From the NCBI GenBank assembly GCA_045541475.1, contig JAZQJI010000034.1, positions 3,088 to 67,087 of the forward strand: DNA of 64,000 bases, in the 5' to 3' direction. The stretch is from Oscillospiraceae bacterium (GTDB taxonomy: Bacteria > Bacillota > Clostridia > Oscillospirales > Ruminococcaceae). Below the pieces are notes generated by a model. That model saw only the letters and a program-made list of their open reading frames with translations. It made no database searches and was not told where the DNA came from. The position numbers were made by a program, and so were the translations under genes. Position 1 is the first letter of the stretch, and the number at the start of each line of letters is the position of its first letter. Of the stretch, positions 37,783-47,670 are shown piece by piece.

Positions 37783-39750
37783 TTATTGCATACTGTTTTT
37801 CAGTTCCGTTATCTTATCACGCAAAAGTGCGGCGTGCTCAAATTCAAGCAGTTTTGCCGCTTCTTTCATCTGTGCGGTCAGCTTGTTGATAAGCTCCAGC
37901 TTTTCCTTTTTGCTCAAATTCAAGCCGTAATCTTTTGAAGATACCTTTTCCTTTGATGTTATTTCCAGCACATCACGGATATCTTTTATAACGGTTTTTG
38001 GTACAATGCCGTGTTTTTCGTTGTAATCGGTCTGAATTTTGCGGCGGCGCTCGGTTTCCGTTATGGCATTGTACATAGAATCGGTAACGCAGTCGGCATA
38101 CATAATAACCGTACCGTTTGCGTTTCTCGCCGCTCTGCCTATGGTCTGTATAAGTGAACGCTCGCTTCGCAAAAAGCCTTCCTTATCGGCATCTAAAATC
38201 GCCACAAGCGAAACCTCGGGAATATCAAGTCCTTCACGCAGCAAGTTGATACCTACAAGCACGTCAAACTCGCCAAGACGCAGAGAACGGATAATTTCCA
38301 TACGTTCAATCGTGTCTATATCATGATGCATATATCGCACCCTGATGTCAAGATTTTTGAGATACGCCGTTAAATCTTCCGCCATTTTTTTGGTCAGCGT
38401 TGTTATAAGCACACGCTCACTTTTTTCAGAACGCTCGTTAATTTCAAACACAAGGTCTTCTATCTGTCCCGCAATGGGCTTTACAATAATTTCGGGGTCA
38501 ACAAGTCCTGTTGGACGTATAACCTGTTCAACAATCCTTGCAGAATGTTGTTTTTCATAATCGCCCGGTGTTGCGCTTACAAAAACAACGCTTTTCATGT
38601 GTTTTTCAAATTCTTCAAATTTTAAAGGGCGGTTATCAAATGCACTCGGAAGTCTGAAGCCGTATTCAACAAGAGTTTCCTTTCTTGCCCTATCACCTGC
38701 AAACATTGCGCGCACCTGCGGAACGGTAACATGGCTTTCGTCAATAATCATTAAAAAGTCATCGGGCAAATGGTCAAGCAGGGTGTATGGAGTTGAATGC
38801 GGTTTACGTCTTGCAAGCACTCTGGAATAGTTTTCAATTCCGCTGCAAAAGCCTATTTCACGCAGCATTTCCATATCGTAATTAGTACGCTGTGCAATTC
38901 GCTGAGCTTCAATCAGCTTGCCGTTTTCTTCAAAAAACTTTACTCTTTCTTCAAGCTCGGCGTAAATATCATCAATTGCATCGTTTAATTTATCACGGCT
39001 AACAATGTAGTGCGAAGAAGGGAAAATCGCCGCATGGGACAAAACTGAAATAACCTCTCCGCTTACAACGTTGATTTCGCTTATTCTGTCAATTTCGTCC
39101 CCAAAAAACTCAATTCTGATAGCTTTGTCGTTTGAGTCGGAGCGGAACACCTCAACGGTATCGCCTCTTACCCTGAATTTGTTACGGGTAAAGTTTACAT
39201 CGTTGCGTTCAAATTGTATTTTCGTCAAATCTGCAATCAGCTTGTCCCTTGATATTTCCATGCCCTGCCTTACCGAAACCATAAGAGAGCGATAATCTTC
39301 GGGGTCGCCGAGAGAATATATGCAGGAAACACTTGCAACAATGATGACGTCCTTGCGCTCTGCCAGCGCACTTGTGGCAGAATGGCGAAGCTTATCTATC
39401 TCATCGTTAACAGATGAATCTTTTTCGATATAGCTGTCAGTGCTGGGAATATACGCTTCGGGGCGATAGTAATCATAATAGGAAACGAAGTATTCAACCG
39501 CATTTTCGGGAAAAAACTCTTTAAACTCGGAGCAAAGCTGCGCCGCCAAGATTTTGTTGGGTGCCAAAACAAGCGTTGGCTTGTTTATCTGCGCAATGAC
39601 ATTTGCCATAGTAAAGGTCTTGCCACTGCCGGTTACGCCAAGCAGGCTTTGCATTCTGTCTCCCGATTTTATGCCATTTACAAGGCTTTCAATCGCTTGA
39701 GGCTGGTCGCCGTTTGGTGAATATGGTGAAACTAATTTGAATTTATCCAT
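37783..39750 (-). CDS. uvrB: excinuclease ABC subunit B
   Basis: [13 protein letters not shown] Walker A, helicase motifs, C-terminal UVR coiled-coil. Confidence 0.95.
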   Translation of the reverse strand: MDKFKLVSPYSPNGDQPQAIESLVNGIKSGDRMQSLLGVTGSGKTFTMANVIAQINKPTLVLAPNKILAAQLCSEFKEFFPENAVEYFVSYYDYYRPEAYIPSTDSYIEKDSSVNDEIDKLRHSATSALAERKDVIIVASVSCIYSLGDPEDYRSLMVSVRQGMEISRDKLIADLTKIQFERNDVNFTRNKFRVRGDTVEVFRSDSNDKAIRIEFFGDEIDRISEINVVSGEVISVLSHAAIFPSSHYIVSRDKLNDAIDDIYAELEERVKFFEENGKLIEAQRIAQRTNYDMEMLREIGFCSGIENYSRVLARRKPHSTPYTLLDHLPDDFLMIIDESHVTVPQVRAMFAGDRARKETLVEYGFRLPSAFDNRPLKFEEFEKHMKSVVFVSATPGDYEKQHSARIVEQVIRPTGLVDPEIIVKPIAGQIEDLVFEINERSEKSERVLITTLTKKMAEDLTAYLKNLDIRVRYMHHDIDTIERMEIIRSLRLGEFDVLVGINLLREGLDIPEVSLVAILDADKEGFLRSERSLIQTIGRAARNANGTVIMYADCVTDSMYNAITETERRRKIQTDYNEKHGIVPKTVIKDIRDVLEITSKEKVSSKDYGLNLSKKEKLELINKLTAQMKEAAKLLEFEHAALLRDKITELKNSMQ

Positions 39751-39882
39751 TATCGAAAGCCCTTTCTAAAAGAATACTGCCATGTTATTATACCACAAGA
39801 TTATGAATAATTAAAGAGGACGCTTGATTTTTACAGCTAAAAAATCAAATTCGTCCTCTTGTTTTTTATTATATGTTTGTTT

Positions 39883-40491
39883 TTAATGATTTAAAAGAAA
39901 GTTGCTTATCTTTTCGATTAAACGCTGCATTTTTTCTTCAAATCCGCATGAATTATCTATAACCGCAAAATTCGGGTGGATTTTCCAAGCAGCTTCAAGT
40001 TTGCTGTCAAGTGCGGCGGCTTGTTCAAGCGTTTCTATTCTGGCACCGTTGTTGTCGATTGTGTAAAAGCTTTCTGCACCTTTAGCGCATGATACAAGGT
40101 GAAAAACCGCGTCGTATTTGTTGCAAAAATCGCTCTCAGTCATTCCGATATATTCAAGCGCGGCTGCAAACTCATCATCGTTCATGTAGGCTTTATTATC
40201 CATAAGTCCTCTATCGCAGACAATAAGGATTTTTTCGGCAGCCATTGTGCGCGCCGCTTGCTCAAAAATATCTTCCTTTGCAATTTGCAGCTTTATCTGA
40301 CATTTCTGATATTCAAGGCAAGTGCCGCAGGTCCACGGGGCAACACCGCCGGTTATAAGCTCTGTTGCGGTTTCGGGTACAAACAAAACGGTGTATCCGA
40401 TTTTTTCAAAAGCATCTTTTATCCAACTCATCGCTGTAGATTTGCCTGCGCACGGTCCGCCTGTAATAACGATTTTAGTGATTTTTATCAT
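39883..40491 (-). CDS. AAA_28-type P-loop ATPase (NadR C-terminal/nucleoside-kinase-like)
   Basis: ITGGPCAGKST Walker A near the N-terminus. About 200 aa. Confidence 0.55.
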   Translation of the reverse strand: MIKITKIVITGGPCAGKSTAMSWIKDAFEKIGYTVLFVPETATELITGGVAPWTCGTCLEYQKCQIKLQIAKEDIFEQAARTMAAEKILIVCDRGLMDNKAYMNDDEFAAALEYIGMTESDFCNKYDAVFHLVSCAKGAESFYTIDNNGARIETLEQAAALDSKLEAAWKIHPNFAVIDNSCGFEEKMQRLIEKISNFLLNH

Positions 40492-40506
40492 TATGTATTC
40501 ACCACA

Positions 40507-41505
40507 TTAATAAAGCAGCGCTGAGCCGTAGTATGTCATTTCTTTGTTGGTAGTTATTGTGCCGACTTCTTTTGAGTATCTTCCCCATGTAAGCGTTACC
40601 GAAGCACCGCTCGGTACAGAAATCACACCCTCGGAGCTTCTTGCAATAGTTACACTTCCGGTTGTTCCATCAGAAAGAGTGTAGTTGAAGGTGGTTTCAG
40701 ATCTGCTTAAGTTATTAATTGTGAGATTGACTTTTTGTACCGCTGGGGTGGTAGTTGTTGTTGTTGCCTTTGTTGTGGTAGTTGTAACCTTTTTGGTTGT
40801 AGTGGTTGTTGCTTTTTTGGTTGTAGTGGTAGTAACCTTTTTGGTTGTGGTAGTTGTTGCCTTTTTAGTTGTTGTGGTAGTTGTAACCTTTTTGGTGGTC
40901 GTTGTTCTTGCGGGCGGAGCAGTTACAGTAGCAGCGGTTGTGGTAACTTTTGTTGTTACAACGCTTGGCGGTGCACCCGTTACGGCAGTTGTTGTCGAAA
41001 CAGGAATTGTAGTAACAACTGTGGCAGTGGTTGTTGTGCCGGTGCCTTCGGTTGTGGTAGCCGCAGTAGTTGTTGTGTTGGTTGCAGTTATGATAATACC
41101 TGTTATTTCAGGTGCGTCATCAGAAACCGCTGTATCAGCAACTGTTGTATCTGCGTTGGCAACTGTTGTTGTCGCAGTGATAGTTGTTGTGCTTTCTTCA
41201 GAATCGTCAACGCTTACGATAGCGTTTACAGCATTGTTGCCGCCGTCATTTCCATTGTTTTTGTTTTTGCGTGCAATGCCTGCAATTGCTATTCCTAAAA
41301 TAAGAATTACCAAGAGCAGAATAATCAATATCAGCAAAAGCTTTTTCTTTTTTTCCTTATCTTTTGCGGCAGTAGGAGAAGTAGGCTCAATAAAAATATC
41401 TACAATATCATCGGGGTCAATCATAGGTTCATAACCCTCGAGCATAGGAAAATTCATATGTTGCATGTCATTGTTATCGTTTTCAGGAATATTTCTGTTA
41501 TCCAA
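40507..41505 (-). CDS. type II (N-in) single-pass membrane protein with threonine-rich tandem-repeat stalk and small C-terminal beta domain
   Basis: Acidic N-terminal segment, KKKK then a poly-L/I TM helix, then Thr-rich region with (KK[VA]TTTTT)x6 repeats, then a 90-aa domain. Strong RBS AAGGGAGGAA. The antisense poly-Val ORF is an artefact. Confidence 0.7.
   Translation of the reverse strand: MDNRNIPENDNNDMQHMNFPMLEGYEPMIDPDDIVDIFIEPTSPTAAKDKEKKKKLLLILIILLLVILILGIAIAGIARKNKNNGNDGGNNAVNAIVSVDDSEESTTTITATTTVANADTTVADTAVSDDAPEITGIIITATNTTTTAATTTEGTGTTTTATVVTTIPVSTTTAVTGAPPSVVTTKVTTTAATVTAPPARTTTTKKVTTTTTTKKATTTTTKKVTTTTTKKATTTTTKKVTTTTTKATTTTTTPAVQKVNLTINNLSRSETTFNYTLSDGTTGSVTIARSSEGVISVPSGASVTLTWGRYSKEVGTITTNKEMTYYGSALLY
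40760..40910 (-). repeat. imperfect 24-bp tandem repeats (about 6 units) encoding KK(V/A)TTTTT
   Basis: gtaacctttttggttgtagtggtt-like units repeated head-to-tail. Confidence 0.7.
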
Positions 41506-41708
41506 AATTCATTCCTCCCTTGTTGTGTTTTTTTAGTGACAGCACTTTTCTATATACCATTATATCACGCGAAAATCGAGATATCAAGGTGAATTTTTCA
41601 AATTTACATAAATGCCACAAATTATTCCATATATCAATATTTGATGACATAGCGGCAATTAAACGATTTTTAACGCGATTTTGCGATAAATTTGTGCATT
41701 ATACATAT

Positions 41709-41776
41709 TGACTTTGGAAGCTTTTTCATATAAAATTATTACGGCGCATAAAATGATATGTGCCGTATTTTTTATA
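41709..41776 (+). promoter_or_regulatory. promoter (TTGACT-17-TAAAAT) followed by leader hairpin + U-tract immediately upstream of lipoprotein gene
   Basis: ttgactttggaagctttttcatataaaat, then acggcgcat-aaaatgat-atgtgccgt-atttttta 20 nt before the ATG. Confidence 0.4.
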
Positions 41777-41792
41777 GAAAGAGTGTTGAAAT

Positions 41793-43493
41793 ATGTCTAA
41801 AAACATTAAAAAGACAGTTTGCCTTATAGCTTCGCTTGCACTTTGTGCAGGAACAATGACTGCTTGTGGTGCAGACAAGACCGCAGAATTTCTTGAGCTG
41901 ATAGATAAGGGCGATATCGGCGCTGCTTATGATTACTACGATGATGAAATTGATGGCGACAAGAAGGAAGGCGACATCTGCGACGAGATCATCGACGAGA
42001 TGGAAGACCGTTACGAAAAAATCACAGAGCTTTGCTTTGACGGCACAATTGACGATAAAGATATTGAAGATCTGATTGAGCTTCTTGATGATCTTGGTGT
42101 TGATGAAGAAGATATTGAAGAACCCATGGGTGAGTGGGCAGCAGCAATTGCTTCCAAAGAAAACTACGAAACTGCCCTCGATTTGATTGATGATGAAGAG
42201 TTTAGCTCCGCAATGTATTACTTGGAGCTTGTTGACGAGCGTGACAGCAATTATGAGGACGCTAAGAAAAAGCTTGATGAAATGCAGGTAGAAATGGCAA
42301 TGGAAGATATTGAATACATTGCTGATTATATTGAGGATGAAGATTACTACTACGCATTCTACTACATTGATTACTATGCTCAGGAATATTCCGAAAACGA
42401 AACTATTATGGAAGCGCTTGATGGCTACTACGCAGATGCTAAAGATGCTATGAATACTGCTATTCAGGATAATCTTGATAACGGTTATTACTATGATGCT
42501 TCATATATGCTCAGCAATGCTCAGGAATATTATGAAGAATCTGATTACGAGGAAATCAAGGCAACTGTTGATACAGCAGTAATGGAAAAAGCTAACAGCA
42601 TTATGGAAGAAAACTTTGCAAATTACGATTACTATACTGCTGAAGACGAGCTTTATGATCTGAGATGGGATTTTGAAGAAAACGAAGATCTTGTTGCTCT
42701 TTACGATGATCTTAAAAATTCTTATATTGAATATATGCTTGCCGCTGCTGAAGAAGAAGCTGCAGCTGAAAACTACGAAATGGCACTTAGCATTACCGAA
42801 ATCGCAATTTCTGAAGTTGGCAGCGATAATACTGAGCTTAACAACAAGTATAACGAATATAAACTGTGCTTGCCCGTTTACATAAATGACCTTGATTATT
42901 TTGCAAAATATGGCAATATTTACAGCGATGGCAGCGGTGATATTTGTGACAATACAAATTCTGAGCACAGACATTGCTATGCTCTTGATGACTACTGGGG
43001 CGGAGAAGAGTATTGGGCAGAATATCTTATAAACGGAAATTATTCAAGCTTTAACGGCGTGTGCGCAGTATCTTACGACCAGCGTTCTGCAACAGATACA
43101 AAGTATTTTGAAGTTTACGGCGATGGCGTGCTGCTTTACACATCTCCCATCATGACAATGAGCTCAATGCCTGTTGAATTTTCTATTGACGTTACAGGCG
43201 TAACAGTTCTCAAGATTATGTATCCCGGAACTGACGGCGATAACAACATTGCTACTATTTATGATGGTATGCTCAGCCCTGAAGAAGCAGTTGAGGAAGA
43301 ACCCGAAGAAGAACCTTCCGATGATGAAAGCACATCTGAGGATGAAAGCACTTCCGGCGATGAATCCACAAGCGAAGGTTCGGACGAATCCGCTGCTGAA
43401 AGCGAAGATGAATCTTCCGACGCAGACGCTGATGCAGAAGAATCCGCTGCTGAAAGCGATGAAGAAGCTGCTGAAGAATCCGCAGCCGAATAA
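41793..43493 (+). CDS. highly acidic Tyr/Asp/Glu-rich lipoprotein with C-terminal NPCBM/NEW2-like domain and poly-acidic Ser/Glu tail
   Basis: Lipobox LALCAGTMTA-C. DYYY/EDYYY-type motifs. The region 1140..1470 aa-coded (YINDLDYF...VEFSIDVTGVTVLKIMYPGTDGDNNIATIYDGML) resembles NPCBM. Tail is ESTSEDESTSGDESTSEG. Confidence 0.6.
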   Translation: MSKNIKKTVCLIASLALCAGTMTACGADKTAEFLELIDKGDIGAAYDYYDDEIDGDKKEGDICDEIIDEMEDRYEKITELCFDGTIDDKDIEDLIELLDDLGVDEEDIEEPMGEWAAAIASKENYETALDLIDDEEFSSAMYYLELVDERDSNYEDAKKKLDEMQVEMAMEDIEYIADYIEDEDYYYAFYYIDYYAQEYSENETIMEALDGYYADAKDAMNTAIQDNLDNGYYYDASYMLSNAQEYYEESDYEEIKATVDTAVMEKANSIMEENFANYDYYTAEDELYDLRWDFEENEDLVALYDDLKNSYIEYMLAAAEEEAAAENYEMALSITEIAISEVGSDNTELNNKYNEYKLCLPVYINDLDYFAKYGNIYSDGSGDICDNTNSEHRHCYALDDYWGGEEYWAEYLINGNYSSFNGVCAVSYDQRSATDTKYFEVYGDGVLLYTSPIMTMSSMPVEFSIDVTGVTVLKIMYPGTDGDNNIATIYDGMLSPEEAVEEEPEEEPSDDESTSEDESTSGDESTSEGSDESAAESEDESSDADADAEESAAESDEEAAEESAAE

Positions 43494-43508
43494 ACTTTAT
43501 GCATTTCA

Positions 43509-43546
43509 AACTCTCTCTGTTATATAATGGAGAGAGTTTTGTTTTG
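43509..43546 (+). terminator. rho-independent terminator
   Basis: Perfect 9-bp stem aactctctc / gagagagtt, loop 12 nt, then ttgttttg. Confidence 0.75.
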
Positions 43547-43575
43547 CCTTTAAATCTAAATAGTCAAAAAAACTA

Positions 43576-43604
43576 TTGCAAAAGGTAAAAAAATATAGTA
43601 TAAT
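43576..43604 (+). promoter_or_regulatory. sigma-A promoter TTGCAA-17-TATAAT for valS (no T-box leader)
   Basis: ttgcaaaaggtaaaaaaatatagtataat. Only about 45 nt to the ATG. Confidence 0.6.
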
Positions 43605-43652
43605 AAATTAGTTAGTATGCAAAATTATGACTTTTGAGAGGTGTATATCAAA

Positions 43653-46268
43653 ATGAAAGAGCTTAACAAGCTTTATAGCCCTCGAGATTTTGAGGACAGA
43701 ATATACGGACTTTGGACGGAGAACGATTGCTTTAAGGCAACAATTGACCGTAGCCTTACCCCCTACACAATCGTAATTCCCCCTCCGAATATTACAGGAC
43801 AGCTTCACATGGGCCATGCCCTTGATGAAACTTTGCAGGATATCTTGGTAAGATATAAGAGAATGCAGGGCTACTGCACGCTTTGGCTACCCGGTACCGA
43901 CCATGCTTCAATTGCTACCGAAGCAAAAATTGTTGAAGCAATGCGTGCCGAAGGCATCACTAAGGATGATATCGGAAGAGAAGGCTTTTTGGAACGCGCA
44001 TGGGATTGGAAAGCTAAATACGGCGGAAGAATTGTTGAACAGCTTAAAAAGCTCGGCTCTTCTTGCGACTGGTCAAGAGAGCGTTTTACTCTTGACGAGG
44101 GCTGCTCCAACGCAGTAAAAGAAGTTTTTGTAAGACTTTACAACAAAGGTCTTATCTATAAAGGCGAAAGAATTGTTAACTGGTGCCCCAAATGCTGCAC
44201 ATCAATCTCCGATGCTGAGGTTGAACACGAAGAACAACAGGGCAATTTCTGGCACATTAAGTATCCGCTTGAAGATGGCAGCGGCTTTGTAGAAATCGCA
44301 ACTACCCGTCCCGAAACACTTTTGGGCGATAGTGCGGTTGCTGTGCATCCCAAAGATGAAAGATATAAAGATATTGTAGGCAAAAACGTAATTTTGCCGA
44401 TTGTAAATCGTGCAATACCCGTTGTTGCTGATGAATACGTTGAAATGGATTTTGGTACGGGCGTTGTAAAAATAACACCCGCACACGACCCTAACGACTT
44501 TGAAGTAGGTCTGCGTCATGATTTGCCCATTATCAACGTAATGGACGAGCACGCTGTTATTAACGAAAACGGCGGCAAGTATTGCGGTCAGGAACGCTAC
44601 GAGGCAAGAAAAAATATAGTTGCTGAATTGGAAGAACTCGGTCTGCTTGTTAAGGTAGAGCCACACAGCCACAATGTAGGTACCTGCTATCGTTGCTCAA
44701 CTACCGTTGAACCTTGGGTTTCAAAGCAGTGGTTTGTTAAGATGAAGCCTTTGGCAGAACCCGCAATTGATTGCGTAAGAAATGGTGATACAAAATTTGT
44801 TCCCGAAAGATTTGAAAAGATTTATTTCCACTGGATGGAAAATATTCGTGACTGGTGTATTTCCCGTCAGCTCTGGTGGGGACACAGAATACCCGCGTTC
44901 TACTGCGATGACTGCGGTGAAATGGTTGTAACTAAGGAAAACGAGGCTGTTTGTCCTTGCTGCGGCAAAAAGATGCGTCAGGATGAGGACACTCTCGATA
45001 CTTGGTTCTCATCGGCACTGTGGCCGTTCTCAACATTGGGCTGGCCCGAAAATACTGAGGATCTTGACTTCTTCTATCCCACATCAACACTTGTTACCGG
45101 TTACGATATCATCACTTTCTGGGTTTCCAGAATGATCTTCTCCGGTCTTGAATATATGGGCAAAACCCCGTTTGATACCGTTCTTATCCACGGTCTTGTG
45201 CGTGATGCACAGGGCAGAAAGATGTCCAAATCTTTGGGCAACGGTATTGATCCGCTTGATATTATCGATAACTACGGCGCAGACGCTTTGAGATTGACTC
45301 TTGTTACGGGTAACTCTCCCGGTAACGATATGCGCTTTATGGATGAAAAGGTTATCGCTTCCAGAAACTTTGCTAACAAGCTTTGGAATGCTTCTCGTTA
45401 TGTAATGATGAACCTTCCCGAAGATTTTGAGGATACAGGTCTGCCTGAAACTCTCAATATTGAAGATAAATGGATTATCGGCAAGTTTAACTCGGTTGTG
45501 AAAGAAGTTTGCGAAAACCTTGATAAGTATGAGCTTGGCATTGCCGTTTCCAAAATCTACGACTTTATTTGGGACTATTACTGCGACTGGTATATCGAGC
45601 TTTCAAAGCCCCGCATTTTTGCAGGTGGTGAGGATAAGGAAAATGCACAGCGTGTTCTTGTGTGGGTGTTAAAGGGCGCACTCAAGCTTTTGCATCCCTT
45701 CATGCCCTATATCACTGAAGAACTTTGGCAGACACTCACCGACGCAAAGAGCTTTATCATGCTCGAAAAATACCCTGAATATGATGCAAACTTAGGCTTT
45801 GAAGACGCTATGAACGATTTTGAAAAGGTTATCGGAGCAATCAAGGCTGTAAGAAATATCAGAACAGAAATGAACGTTCCTAACGGCACAAAGGCTAAGC
45901 TTTATATCGAAACGCAGGATATCGAGCTGTTCTCTTCTTGCGAGATGTTCTTTGAAAAGCTCAGCGGTGCAAACGGCATTGAGGTTTCTGAAAAGGTTGC
46001 AATGGAAAAATGCGCAACCGCCGTTACTGAAAGCGCAAGAATTTTCATTCCGCTTTCCGAACTTATCGACAACGAAAAGGAACTTGCACGTCTTGCAAAG
46101 GAAAAGGATAAGGCTTTGAAGGATATTGAAATTATCAGCAAGAAGCTTTCCAACCCGAACTTCCTTGAAAAAGCACCCGAAGCTCTTGTTGCAACCGAGC
46201 GTGAAAAACTGATTAAGGCAGAAGACAGACTTAACAAGATTGAAAAGAGTATTGCAGAACTTGGATGA
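43653..46268 (+). CDS. valS: valine--tRNA ligase
   Basis: [14 protein letters not shown] (HIGH), KMSKSLGN, anticodon-binding and C-terminal coiled-coil. RBS GAGAGGTG. ATG at 43653. Confidence 0.95.
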   Translation: MKELNKLYSPRDFEDRIYGLWTENDCFKATIDRSLTPYTIVIPPPNITGQLHMGHALDETLQDILVRYKRMQGYCTLWLPGTDHASIATEAKIVEAMRAEGITKDDIGREGFLERAWDWKAKYGGRIVEQLKKLGSSCDWSRERFTLDEGCSNAVKEVFVRLYNKGLIYKGERIVNWCPKCCTSISDAEVEHEEQQGNFWHIKYPLEDGSGFVEIATTRPETLLGDSAVAVHPKDERYKDIVGKNVILPIVNRAIPVVADEYVEMDFGTGVVKITPAHDPNDFEVGLRHDLPIINVMDEHAVINENGGKYCGQERYEARKNIVAELEELGLLVKVEPHSHNVGTCYRCSTTVEPWVSKQWFVKMKPLAEPAIDCVRNGDTKFVPERFEKIYFHWMENIRDWCISRQLWWGHRIPAFYCDDCGEMVVTKENEAVCPCCGKKMRQDEDTLDTWFSSALWPFSTLGWPENTEDLDFFYPTSTLVTGYDIITFWVSRMIFSGLEYMGKTPFDTVLIHGLVRDAQGRKMSKSLGNGIDPLDIIDNYGADALRLTLVTGNSPGNDMRFMDEKVIASRNFANKLWNASRYVMMNLPEDFEDTGLPETLNIEDKWIIGKFNSVVKEVCENLDKYELGIAVSKIYDFIWDYYCDWYIELSKPRIFAGGEDKENAQRVLVWVLKGALKLLHPFMPYITEELWQTLTDAKSFIMLEKYPEYDANLGFEDAMNDFEKVIGAIKAVRNIRTEMNVPNGTKAKLYIETQDIELFSSCEMFFEKLSGANGIEVSEKVAMEKCATAVTESARIFIPLSELIDNEKELARLAKEKDKALKDIEIISKKLSNPNFLEKAPEALVATEREKLIKAEDRLNKIEKSIAELG

Positions 46269-46269
46269 T

Positions 46270-47499
46270 ATGAACTATAAATCCGCTGTGGAATTTATAA
46301 ATTCCTACACAAAATCGGGCAAGCCGATAAATAATCTTGACAGAATAAAAAAGCTGATGAAAAAGCTGGGGGATCCGCAAAGCTCCCTCAGCTTTGTTCA
46401 TGTTGCAGGCACAAACGGTAAGGGTTCCATTGTAGAAATGGTTTCGACCGCATTGATTGACAGTGGTATGAAAGTGGGGCAGTTCACCTCGCCGTATATA
46501 GTCTGTTTAGAGGACAGAATAAGAATTAACGGTGAAAATATACCAAAGCAAAAGCTTTGCGAATTTGCCTATATCGTAAAAAATGCTGTTGAAGATGTAA
46601 GCTATTCGCAGTTTGAAATTATTTTTGCAATAGCTATGCTGTATTATAAATCTGAGAGTGTTGATATTGTTTGTCTTGAAGCAGGTCTTGGCGGTTTGCT
46701 TGACTGTACAAATGTTATTGAATGTCCAAGGGTTGCTGCAATTGCTTCAATATCGCTTGACCACACCGATATACTTGGCAAAACCGTGCAGGATATTGCA
46801 AAACAAAAAGCGGGTATAATCAAATCCGGCGGCGTTGCGGTGGTATCTTCGCAAAACAGCGATGATATCCTTGATGTGTTCAAAACGCATTGTGACAGTG
46901 TCGGTGCAAGGCTGATTGTGCCAAAAAATGCCGAAATTACACAGAATAACAGTTTTGTATATAAAGGTGTGAACTACGCCCCTTGCATGAAGGGTCAGCA
47001 CCAGATTTTTAATGCACTTACTGCTGTTGAAACACTTGCTTGTTTATCAGAGTATTACGATATAAAACAGCACAATATTCAAAACGGCATTAACAATGCA
47101 AGGGTAAGGGCAAGGTTTGAAAAAATCAAATCAAATCCTGATGTTTATTTTGATGGTGCGCATAATCCCGATGCAGTGTTAAGACTGAAAAGCACACTGT
47201 TGCAGATGGATGGGCCAAAAATTGCAGTTGTAGGTATGATAGGCTCAAAGGATGCCAAATCGGCAATATCACAAATCGCTGATTGCTTTGAAAGCGTAAT
47301 TTGTGTTGATGGATTTTATCCCAACGCAATTGATAGGTTTACTTTGGCAGATATGTTTGTGCAAAGCGGCACTCGTGCTTATACATCAACACTTGAAAAC
47401 GTATCAAAAAATGCTTTAATGCTTGCCAAGTGTAATAAAAAAGTAATCGTTTTCGGTTCGCTTTACCTTTACTCGCATATTTCAGAATATTTTGAATAG
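46270..47499 (+). CDS. folC: bifunctional folylpolyglutamate synthase / dihydrofolate synthase
   Basis: Mur-ligase P-loop VHVAGTNGKGS. Classic valS-folC order. The start may instead be the in-frame codon at 46240 that overlaps valS. Confidence 0.8.
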   Translation: MNYKSAVEFINSYTKSGKPINNLDRIKKLMKKLGDPQSSLSFVHVAGTNGKGSIVEMVSTALIDSGMKVGQFTSPYIVCLEDRIRINGENIPKQKLCEFAYIVKNAVEDVSYSQFEIIFAIAMLYYKSESVDIVCLEAGLGGLLDCTNVIECPRVAAIASISLDHTDILGKTVQDIAKQKAGIIKSGGVAVVSSQNSDDILDVFKTHCDSVGARLIVPKNAEITQNNSFVYKGVNYAPCMKGQHQIFNALTAVETLACLSEYYDIKQHNIQNGINNARVRARFEKIKSNPDVYFDGAHNPDAVLRLKSTLLQMDGPKIAVVGMIGSKDAKSAISQIADCFESVICVDGFYPNAIDRFTLADMFVQSGTRAYTSTLENVSKNALMLAKCNKKVIVFGSLYLYSHISEYFE

Positions 47500-47530
47500 T
47501 ATTTTTTGTTAGATATGTATAAATTTTAAA

Positions 47531-47561
47531 CTTCAATTTGTACATTTATACGAAATTGAAG
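47531..47561. promoter_or_regulatory. inverted repeat (9-bp arms, 13-nt loop), weak terminator or operator
   Basis: cttcaattt-gtacatttatacg-aaattgaag. No strong U-tract. Confidence 0.3.
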
Positions 47562-47602
47562 GTTTGCCGATAAAAATATCAGCAAATTATCACAAAAAAC
47601 AC

Positions 47603-47631
47603 TTGAAAATGTTTTTATGATATAGTATAAT
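47603..47631 (+). promoter_or_regulatory. sigma-A promoter TTGAAA-17-TATAAT for repeat-protein gene
   Basis: ttgaaaatgtttttatgatatagtataat. Confidence 0.6.
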
Positions 47632-47670
47632 ATCAATAAATGTAAGTAGGAGAACAAAGGAGGAAAAGGT

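Noticed and set aside
40685-41434. Plus-strand poly-Val/Ala ORFs (249 aa and 187 aa) overlapping the Thr-repeat gene
   Set aside because: Complement of ACN Thr codons gives Val/Gly runs. No RBS. The minus-strand ORF has a perfect AAGGGAGGAA RBS and a coherent TM topology.
41520-41711. 63-aa ORF in the divergent promoter region
   Set aside because: No RBS. AT-rich promoter DNA. No conserved features.
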